The position numbers and the translations under genes were made by a program. Below the pieces are notes generated by a model. The model saw nothing but the letters and a program-made list of their open reading frames with translations. It did not search any database and was not told where the DNA came from. From assembly GCA_050084515.1 (NCBI GenBank), contig CM114271.1:39742001-39806000 (forward strand): a DNA stretch of 64,000 nucleotides, given 5' to 3'. Shown here piece after piece: positions 14,437 to 24,160 of the stretch. Positions within the stretch are counted from its first letter, which is position 1. Each line of letters begins with the position of its first letter. This DNA comes from Blasia pusilla. Taxonomy: Eukaryota.

Positions 14437-15432
14437 TGTCGCGCCCCTACTCTCCTTGAACGTCAATCTTTAGTGTTGCGGAAGCGTGCGTTGATGGGTC
14501 ACGAACTCATCGCCGACCGCACCCAAACACGCACTCGTTAGTCGGGTTTGGCCAACGGCGTCCAACCCACCGAGTCCTCAACTCGGCGTCTCATCAAGCT
14601 CAACCTTCCTTAGTTCCTAGCTTCCAACACATGGCAAGTCCTTCAAGACTTGGAACAGACTTCCTGGTTAGTCCAGGGATCTGAAACGGCACTTGCACGC
14701 CTAGCGATCCCAAGTGTTCAACGGCCCTTGTGTGAGTTCCGAACCGAGACCCAAGTAATTGAGTCGCGGTGTGAAATCCAAGAGGGATGTCTAAAATCGC
14801 CTCAATGGACTTGGTGCAGGTTTTCCAACCCAACGCCCAAACTCGCGTTCCGTTCCATGCCCTTGAGCCGCCCCGCGGCGCCCAAAGTGAGGTTTGGGTT
14901 CCAAGCACTCTCGGAGACCTTCCCCCTTACTAGTACTTATGGGGTTCTCCAATAACCCCTCCCCTTTGGGAATAGAGGTTCGGGCCCTTCATTGTGGCCC
15001 TCAACCCGACTCCACTTACAATCTTTTTCGGGTCGTATCTCGGTCGCTGCTTATGCGTTTGCAGCGATCTGTGGTGCGATTGGACCGGATCTCAATAAGC
15101 TTTCCAACGCACCCTTATTTGCTCCAAACGCATCTTGGCGCTAAAAGTTATGGCCATAAATACAGTCGGAAACTCTCAAACGCAAGTGGCGTTCCAAATC
15201 CGGATCTTTCCTTTGGCAACCCACTTCCTAGACTCGACTTCTTTCAAGTCTCATTCCGCGTTTGGTCCAGGTTTCTGAGTCGCGACCATCACATCTGAAA
15301 CGCAACTTCTCGCTCGCGTCTCGTCTCTTGTCTCCTCTTTGAGACAACTCCAACGCGCAAACCATCTTAGCGTGAGCCCGCTAATGTTCCGATGTTCCGC
15401 TTGGCACTTGTTTGGTCATGAGGGTCGCGACA
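14437..15432 (-). repeat. 5' LTR of nested chromovirus
   Basis: Direct repeat of 8154-9148, TG..CA termini, followed by the PBS. Confidence 0.95.
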
Positions 15433-15879
15433 CAAATCCTCCATGCTAAACGCAAAGCAGCTCCTATAACTCTGATGTATTCGGCGCTGCTCTCCTCTTG
15501 TCAACTTAGGGCCCATATCTCTGGCTCCCAAGTCTCCATCGTGACTACGGTAGGACTCTCCGGTGCGGGTATCGGTGGTTGCTATGGTGCAACCCCGTCT
15601 CGAACAACAACACTTGGCCGCTCTCCGCAAGCCAACTGCAAATTGTGATCTCCACCACTTGCAGTGCCCGAAACCACACTCGATGTTGTGGCTATCATCT
15701 CCTTGCATACGTGCAAAACATCCCAAGAAGTTCAAGGGTGTCTCTTGCGATCTCCCCTGGTGTGTAGATCTCCTCGGGTCTCGCCCCCAACCACTGCCTC
15801 CACTGTCTCGATAGGCATGAGGCTCATCAACGCAACCGCTGTGATCTGTCGCAATCCCATACGACGCTGCTCAGCCACT

Positions 15880-16800
15880 CCCAAGTTGAGGATCCATGTC
15901 AAGCAGTTCAGGTCCATCGCCTGACCCAAGACATGGCGTCGTGATGCCTCTGACACTGATGGTACTGCCATCATTCATGTGGGAAATCCCATCGCTCGCT
16001 CTCTCTCTTCGGTGTTGGGCTCCACCAACCGTTGAACTTGGTCATCCCAAACTAAGCCAGGACCGGCCTCCTTGTATGTATAGGAAGTGGGAAAACTTTG
16101 CCTATTGTGTTGACCACAGTCAACGGTGGTCGATCATTGTGCCTCATTGCCTGTGATCGACGACCTGGATCTATAATGGAATCCACTAACAAATGGGAGG
16201 GGCGGTCCACTCTAGCATATGCCCTCCATAACACCGCATGGGGCACCAAGTTGGTCCACCATAGACGCGATCGATGGGCTCTAGAACCTACACTCGCCGC
16301 ATCCAAGAACACTGCTGGGCCGATCTAGGCACGCACCTGATGAGCACTCGTCACCACTCGTGACCTGGTGTCTCCTAAGATCGGCACATTCTACATAATG
16401 TAGGCTGGATAACGAGACTGGTGCTCCTGCAACTGCCGTAACCTCAACATCTCCCAAAATAACCTGTACCGAGTGTCAGTCAACCCCTTGCCTCGTCCAG
16501 CACTTGATTGGCCCTGACATGGCCAACGGTGACCAAATCAATGGTCCCTACCCGCTCTAAGTCTTGCGCCCCCAACAACGAAATATCCCTCGGTAGGGAA
16601 CTCTCGTACCCCTATACTGTGGACGCAGACAATAAGTCAGGAAAACTTAGGCATAACTGCGCCACATGTCGTAGTGAGACGCGCCTCGCAACATCATCTT
16701 TCTCCACATACAGGTACTCCTGTACTCGCACTCTTGCCTGCAAAACAGCAGCTAGCCGGTGTTAATCCCTCCAAAGAGATCTAACACTCGAATACCCTCC
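15880..16800 (-). pseudogene. C5-cytosine DNA methyltransferase catalytic domain (DNMT3-like) within retrotransposon Pol
   Basis: Manual translation across frameshifts: I IRVLDLFGGINTG; II YLYVEKDDVA; III LPRDIS; IV IDLVT..WPCQGQSSAGRGKGLTDTRYRLFWEMLR; VI YIM*NV (ENV); VIII LDAASVGSRAHRSRLWWTN; IX EERERAMGFP; X RRHVLGQAMD. All in canonical order. Confidence 0.92.
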
Positions 16801-17179
16801 TCCGGGGTACACCACACAATGGGTGTGGTATCCAAGAGTGTCATTGTAGCACTCCCTGCTACCTCAGGTTCCTCAGACCCGTCATGCTCCGGTGCAAACG
16901 CCTCGCTCCATGCGCTCTGCAAGTGCTCATCTGCCAATCGTTGAAGCTCCTCAGTCGAGCCCCACAACGGCACCTCTCCTCCATGGAATGATGCAACTAC
17001 CATAACACTCCTCTCCATAGAAATGTCAGGAACGGGAGTATCCTCTGCATGGACATGTCCCTCGATCAAATCACTAGGCCAAGTGATGGCACTACTAAAT
17101 GCTGCTAAGGTTGCCATCTCTCCTGGCCGTTGCTCGATCACTACACGTGTGAATTGAACGGGTAATGAGCTAAGGCGCC

Positions 17180-17525
17180 CATCACCTGACTGCAATCCTG
17201 GTCTGTAGGACCCTGACTCCTCCCAGTAATCCATGGAAAACCCCATCGGGTATAACACTGCTCCACCAACCAAGACGTCGTAGGACTCTGCATCAGTCAC
17301 TATCGCCTTGGTGCGCACCACGGACTCATCTATAGGATGTCTCGGGCGAATCCTCACCACAACCTCCTGTCGGGTGATATACTGTGTGGTACTCGCTCCA
17401 TCCAAGGATGTGTGTATCCGGAATGGACAACGCTCCACATCGGCTCTCATCAAGCCCAATCCTCTGAATGACGCTTTCCCCAACATCAAGGGTTGCGCTC
17501 CTGAATCCAACAAGACGCGCTACGG
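17180..17525 (-). pseudogene. Retroviral-type aspartic protease
   Basis: VLLDSGAQPLMLG catalytic DSG motif and downstream YDVLVGGAVL, in the same ORF (16752-17513) that runs into MTase motif I. Confidence 0.85.
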
Positions 17526-18075
17526 ACTAAAAGCTCTTCCTCTAGGACTAACCAACAGGAAGACCTCTCCTCGATTATCCAACAACACAACACCATGAGA
17601 AGCCATGGCACGCTCTATTGCGGGTCTAGCGGGCATCTCCGCCATCCTAGCAGCCATAGCCTGCCATGAATTTGACGTGGATGGCCCGAGCATCCGCTCC
17701 GAGGGCAGGTCCATCACCTCCTCTGCAATCACCTTTGCACGTGATGCACGAACTCCAACTCCGCGCTCACATAGTGAAGCGGCCAGCCAAAAAGCCTCGA
17801 CGAGCGTACCCCCCAACGTCATAACATTGGAAGCAGAAAATAAAGGAGTGCGGTACACAACGGTGGCCGCCCCCAACAACGTGCTCGACACATGCCCCTC
17901 CTGAGCATCAACAATAGGAGTCGTCGCACTTGCTTCTCCCATCGCCCTCCGTGCTCTGCACACCAACAACATTACCAACTCTCCAGGAACTTTGATGAGG
18001 ACCCATTGATGGGGTCCTCATCGCTTCGGACAACGTGAAAGACTGAGGAAGCCTAGTCTATTTTCTAGCTTCCCC

Positions 18076-19700
18076 TCACTGTGGATCCAACTCTGCGGCT
18101 GCTCCACGCGTCACAACTGCGGCGGCCTCCATCTGGGCAACCCCGCACATCCAACCAGGATCCTCCAGATCTCTGGTTGCTCCATATGATGTCGATGCCA
18201 CAGATCCGGCATCGGGTAACCTCAATGCCATAGCGGCAATCTCCTCCTGTAGTTGCTGTATTTGAGTAGCCATCCTAGCCTCACGTCCGGCGTCTCCCTC
18301 GGCGCGTCTAGATGGTGGTACTCTACCTCCTCCATGGGCAGCTCCACCACCCTGTCAGGAAACTCCAGCTCCTCGTCCCCCAACGGGACCACCTGGTGCA
18401 CAATCTCTAGCCCACCCGGACCGGCTACTCGCTCTGGTGCCCTCTCTGGCCCTCGGTCCGGACGTAACTCAGGATGTAAACTGAAACACCTAGCGCGTGT
18501 ATGACCATACCTCTGACAATAGTCACACTGATAACCTCTTGGTGCAGCACCATCTCCTCCTCCATGCTGAGACACGCGTCCATGACCCTGACGAGTGCAA
18601 TGGCGTTGATGATGGGCTCCACCACAAGACCAACAAGTAATAGTAGGCGGTTGTTGTTGAGCCGCATATGAAGGCGCAAGTCTCTGTGCCACGGGCTCCC
18701 GCTATCCTCCCTGAGCTCGTGGTACCACAATTGACATATCTCGGAGTCCACGTTGCTGTATAGGTGGCGCAGCCAATCGCAACTGCTCTCGCCCAGAACC
18801 CATGGTGGCTACGCTATCCTCCGCCATATTGTGCTCAATGTTCTTGGCGGTCCTAAAAACATCTCTCAACGTCGGGGAGGTGTTCATAAGAAGCACCCCC
18901 TCCCGCACCCGTGGCCATAGGGTGTGGTCCAGCATTGCGTACCATGATTGGATAGCCTGAGCCTCTGTCATCCCCTGAGTGACGTTGATCAACCATCGCA
19001 AGCGAGTGTAAGCCTCACGTAAACTCTCACCCGGGCGCCTCTGGAAGTTGTGGATGCTCCGCAACTTCTATGTCCGTACCCCCTGGTAGCTCGCCCTCAA
19101 CTCAGCAAAGAACTCAACCACGGGGTTGAACTTGGGACGAACCCGACTAGACGGTGCAACTGCTCTAGTGCGAGTGACCCCTCCTAAAACATCACTAGTG
19201 GAAGAGGAAGTAGCCTCTCCTGACTCCTCCTCCTCATCTAGGAACGGCTCCGCCCATGACACATAGTGTGGGTCGTAGTAGAGTCGTCATGCTTCAATCT
19301 CCTTGACATATATGTGGGGAAACTCATGGTAATCGTCCATGGGTGCCCCCTCTAAATGTTGGAACATCTTTGTTCCATCATGTCAGAACGGGTTGAACTC
19401 TCTAGAAGAGTCGCACCAACTCCTAAACTCTGCTATGAAATCGTGCAACTCAATCGTACCCTCTTTGACGTGAAAACCCTCGTGGTCCTCTACCCAGTGG
19501 CCGTCCATCTTGTGCCCAACTGGTAGGACCACTCACAATGTGTGGCGATGTGCTCGAAACTCCTCTACACCCTCCCCTTGTCCGACGATGACACGAAGGA
19601 GGTCGAGGTGGTCCTGAAGTGAAGACCCTCGGAACCTCACACCACTCCGCGTAAAACCTCTAGAGCTACTCTCGGGTTCACCACCTGCCTCTCAAAGTCC
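18076..19700 (-). pseudogene. Gag remnant with two zinc knuckles
   Basis: FQRRPGESLREAYTRL (retrotransposon gag motif), CWSCGGAHHQRHC and CDYCQRYGHTRARC; broken by stops. Start uncertain. Confidence 0.8.
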
Positions 19701-19701
19701 C

Positions 19702-19740
19702 GAACAGACGCCGTGATGACCCTCGTCACGGCGTCTGTTC
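19702..19740. repeat. Perfect 15-bp inverted repeat (hairpin)
   Basis: gaacagacgccgtga-tgaccctcg-tcacggcgtctgttc. Confidence 0.9.
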
Positions 19741-21048
19741 ATAACCCTTCTCACCCAATCACTCTTGCCTCGCGAGTAATCCCTCAATCATTCATCCCAA
19801 ACATGCGACACTCGATCTACACTCTACCTCCCCGAGACATGTAACGTGCGGCAATAAGCGGCGTGGTGGGGCAAATCAACCAAGCTATCATTTCATCGAT
19901 AACCTACCCTCAACTCTGGATATCCCACACAGGTCTATGTCCCCTAAAGCACATATATAAATGATTCTCTCAGCATCCACACACCCAGTATCCCCAAATA
20001 AACTACCCAAATCCCAGAATCCCTCACACGTGTAGGGTAAAGGACCATAATGGGTAACGTGAACACATGTCAATGTCGCTCCCCAGCAATTTCAAATCTC
20101 GACCCCAACTCGGTCGTGGAGACAACTCCTCCAATCAGCAAGTCATACTCCTCCCGTACTGACGTTGCTCAAAACTCCTCGATAGACGATACGGTTCCAA
20201 CGGAACGGTACGGCGTTGCAGGCGGCATAGAACGGCTACGAACGGCACGGCCCTCGATGATGGGATGCGGCACTCGGCGGCATACCCTCCTCAATCAAAA
20301 ATAAACCCACACTCTGCTCCATAATGCCTGAGCAGATCCACGATTGAGATGGTGCGGTGTGGCCACGAGTGGCACGGTGCGGCAATCAGCGGCGTTGCGG
20401 CTACGGGCGTCACGACACGGTACCCGATCGTCGTTGAGCGGCTACCAATCACAACATAGCAGCATGAAATCAAAACTCAAACACTATAACATGAGGTCAT
20501 ATGCCATCACAAGTTGATGATGGTGGCGGCCAAAATAAAGTACGTGATGGCGACGCAAGTCCAAAAATTAACGAACGTTGTGGAAGACCCTCCACTCCGT
20601 AACGGCGACAATGGCAACCAAGGATGGACAACGGACGGTGGACCATTGACGATGACGGTTGACCGTTGATGGTGACGGTCGAATGGTGACGGTGACGATT
20701 GGTCATTGACGGAGACTATGACGGTGACGGCCGCCGCCGGTGTGGCGGCTGGTTTAGGGTTTGCATATTTTAACCCTAAAAATCGCCTAGCAATGGCAAT
20801 TTTTCAAGATTGACCATAACTTTTTGCTCGCAACTTTGAATTGCGCATTGTTTGTTGCACAACCTGCACAACTTCACGATCTACGCCAGTATCAAAAAAA
20901 AATTAGAATTGGACATTCCAGTAAAAATTGACAGGGATTGTTGTAAAGCCCAATGTCTCTTTCTCCTACACAAAATTCGGCAGCGCTTCCGCGCTGATTC
21001 CTCCCAACAAAAATGTAAAACCTATAAAAATGAAGATAAGAAATCGGG

Positions 21049-21827
21049 CTTATTGGCCATAGGGCTTCAAGCTGACTTTTTCCTTGAGTTTTTAGGAAAG
21101 ACGTGTAGCATCGAGTGTAAAGAATATCTTCAAAAGTGTATGAGGCTCATGTGTATACAACGAATTGCTTAACTCTAATCTTTGATCTCCCGACTGCAGA
21201 AGGAGATAGAATGGCTTTTGGATCTCAATTCAAAGACCTCCAACTCTTTGGATGGTGATGTTGTTCTTATTATCTCTAATTCGACTGTGGATCGGGTGTG
21301 GCTATTCATTAGACTTAATTGGTCCTTGGTAGGCTGTTATTCCAAAAGGAAATCAAGCTTTCTAAAATATCTATGGTTCAGGAATTTTGTAAATCCAGCC
21401 CGGGAGTGTATGACTAGTTGTCTTCATACCCTTTTGTCCGTATGGAGAGATGTACCCAATGGATCCTGATATCTGCATTTGGAATACATTTTATATTGTT
21501 TATAAAGTGAAGTGCTAGGATTTTGTTGGTTAGTGTGACAAATGCATTCTTCACACGTTTCTTCCCTTTGATCGATCACACTAAAATGGTACTGTTAACA
21601 CAGATCATGAGGACCTCTCCAACCATATTAATTCTCGGTTTACAGTAAATATATCCTGGCAGAGCTGGGTTTGGAAATAGGGAAACCTTCATGAGCTAGG
21701 CTAATCTTTTGCTAGGTGTGCCACTGGATTATCCAACCACTATGGATGGATTGAAGCCCAGGGGCTGTGAACGTAACATCCTTGCACTGAAGTACGGGGG
21801 GAACTCCCGAAAATGAATGCCAGATGG
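21049..21827 (+). pseudogene. Duplicated fragment of the TPK locus (most of last intron, last exon, 3' region)
   Basis: Aligns by eye to 41620-42412 in the same orientation, from cttattggccataggg to gccagatgg; the exon copy is frameshifted. Confidence 0.92.
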
Positions 21828-22222
21828 CAAGGGATCATAGCTCCGCCGCCTCATGCCAAGAGGTTCAACAAAGAGAGAATGAGCTCTCAAGCTATCTCTC
21901 CTTGGGATATATACCCCTCCCCTCTCCCAAGCTCTCTCCATGGTAACCTATTCTCCCAAGTCACCTCATTGGCTCTTTACCTAATGTAGGAGGTCAAAGG
22001 CCACTTACCAAAAATAGAAAGTTGATCATATACTGAACATGGTAGTTACCTAAAATAGTAAGTTTCTCAATATGGCTCCAAATGAGCCAAAACGAAGGGG
22101 AAACCTCCTCTCTCATGTTTTTCGGGGTCGGAACATGTCATCCTTGACCTCCTAGGCATGTCCTCCACTACTCTTGAAGACGCTCCACTAGATCTCACCG
22201 ATCTATCCTAAAGGACGTGACA
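21826..22222 (-). repeat. Partial LTR copy (matches 4494-4890), right boundary of the 18-kb insertion
   Basis: ggcaagggatcatagctccgccgcc...aaggacgtgaca, ends CA, followed by GAGT (22223-22226). Confidence 0.9.
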
Positions 22223-23504
22223 GAGTTCATCTTCAACGTGTGTTTGTTGTGCTAAGATTTCCTTGCGACGGGCTCACCTTCTTTTGTTATGCATTCGCAT
22301 GCATCAATTTACTAAAGCCAGGAAAATCCGTAGGATTTGATGGAAGAGGAAGTATGTACAACAATTAAGTTGATTGCATGAGAAAAATATATTCTCGAAA
22401 TAATGGTATGTAAGGCATCACCGTTGAAATGGAAATAAGATGCTTACTTCCCTACCCTATACAAAGGTGATTACATGGGGGAGGTGTTCTTCAATACTTC
22501 AATATGTCTTCCCGAACTTTGTTATGAAATTGGCATATTTCTAATAACATCAAGTGGCCGTCTCTCCATGTTTCGTGATGATCTGCCAACACTCACCATC
22601 TACATGACACACCACGAAAGTATTAATTAAACTTGAGAATTGGAATAAAGTGATGAAAAGAATAAAGAATAAAAAGAAAAGAAAAGAAAAAAGAGAGGAA
22701 AGAAGAGAAGGGAAATTAGTAGGGGCAATTTTTCATTTCCAATTTTATTTCCTGAAAAAAAAATGAATAGAAAAAAATAGAGAGAGAATTAAATTTCTAT
22801 AAAAAAGATAGAGAGAGAGGGAAAGAAAAGAATTTAGGGAAGAAGAGTAAATGGGAAGTTTTTAATTTTTAATTTTTATTTCTCTAAAAAATTTAAATAA
22901 AATGGAAAAATAGGGATAAATTTTAAGTGAGAAGAGGAAAAATCCTAAAAAAACGTATGCGGGAACAAATTAGAAAAAAAATTGATGGGAAGAGGGAGAA
23001 TAAATTGGGAAAAAGGTTAAAAAGGGAGAAAATGACTTTAAAAAAATCTTTGTAAGGAAATTAATAAAACGACCAGATTCGATAGCCCAAACATAGCCCT
23101 AACCTAGCCCTCCCAACCCTATGCCCGAACGTAGCCCCTGCACCCTAATGGCGTCGCCTCTGAATCGAAGGGTCAGATATAAATCACCCTCCCATATATC
23201 TAATGGCCAAACATAGTAGGTCGTTAAATAGCTAATATGACGGCTCAGGGTCTGAGCCGCTAGATTGCTCCCCCTCCCCCCATCGTTCCCACCCTCTCCC
23301 TCACTTCCTCGCTCATTCCCCGATCTTTTCGCGCAGTGCTTGTACTGCCTTGATGCGCCCTGCCCCCCAAGTTCGTGCGTTGGGATTGTCTCCGCATGCA
23401 CGCTGGAGCGCCACGATCATCACGGTGCGACCCGAGCGCCTGGACCATCACATTGCATCATGATGCGACCCGCCGGGACTGTCTATTCTACTCTCTTGCC
23501 GGAT

Positions 23505-24160
23505 AAGAACGGAAATGAGAGCTTCAAGTTTGCCTTTGTTTTTCTCCCCGCCCGCCAACTTGTCTTCATGCTTTAAGCTACGTAGCGGTTGTGCACAGAG
23601 TCTCAGCTCGTACACTGCTCTACCGCTATGGCTCTTCCCCTTTGCTCTCATTTTGCCATTGCTGAGATTGGAGTTCAGATCTAATTTACATTGCATAATC
23701 CTGGCATAATCAAGGTTAGGTGACTTTGGGTGCGTTCAGGGGTATCAGTGAAAACTTTGAGTGATTAGGATCTCTATGCTCTCCTCTGTTCTTTCTATTA
23801 TACTCTCTTTCTAGATTAGAATGGAAATGAGAGCTTCGAGATCGCCTTTGTTTTTCTACCCGCGTGCGCTCGAGAGTTCACCTTTGTTTTTCTCCCCGCT
23901 CTTCGACTCGTCTTCATGCTTTAAGCTCCGTAGTGCCTGTGTAGAGAGTCTCTGATTCAGTAAGGCAATCGGTATGGCTCGTACATTGCTCTACTGCTAT
24001 GGCTCTTCCCCTTTGCTCTCATTTCGCTGTTGCTGAGATCGGGGTTCATGTCTAATTTACATTGCACGATCTTGGCTTTCAGGGTTAACAATTGTGACTT
24101 TGGGTGGGTTCAGGGGTATCAATGAAAAATTTGGGTGTTGAGGATCTCGTTGTTGTCCTC
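23505..24160. repeat. Diverged local tandem duplication, unit about 310 bp
   Basis: ggaaatgagagcttc...ctatggctcttcccctttgctctcattt...gttcaggggtatca occurs at about 23510-23775 and 23822-24148. Confidence 0.8.

Larger units (their letters stand above)
8154..15432 (-). mobile_element. Full-length nested Ty3/Gypsy chromovirus (two LTRs, PBS, PPT, chromodomain integrase)
   Basis: TG..CA LTRs 8154-9148 and 14437-15432, near identical; TSD CAAAT at 8149-8153 and 15433-15437; RT YIDD (about 12090); integrase SVSMDFITSLP; chromodomain EYLVKWKGYHVKEATW (about 9910-9960). Many 1-nt frameshifts. Confidence 0.95.
5022..19750 (-). mobile_element. Degenerate Ty3/Gypsy internal region Gag-PR-DNMT-RT-RH-INT-PHD, interrupted by nested element 8154-15432
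   Basis: Two CCHC knuckles, protease LDSGA, C5-MTase motifs, RT YIDD, RNase H, integrase core and PHD in Gypsy order on the minus strand. The frame FAFSMEDL|GTLKG rejoins across the nested insertion. Outer limits approximate. Confidence 0.9.

Noticed and set aside
15880-16800. Bacterial restriction-modification gene or contaminant contig
   Set aside because: The MTase is continuous with retroviral protease and RT, has no partner nuclease, and sits among spliced eukaryotic genes.
19840-20070. True 5' LTR of the DNMT element starting TGTAAC at 19840
   Set aside because: No matching second copy near 5022-5195 beyond weak similarity, and no TGG-type PBS.
20480-20780. GACGGT-rich tract and a TTTAGGG motif as an interstitial telomere or gene
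   Set aside because: Isolated telomere-like units and no credible ORF; probably part of an unclassified repeat.
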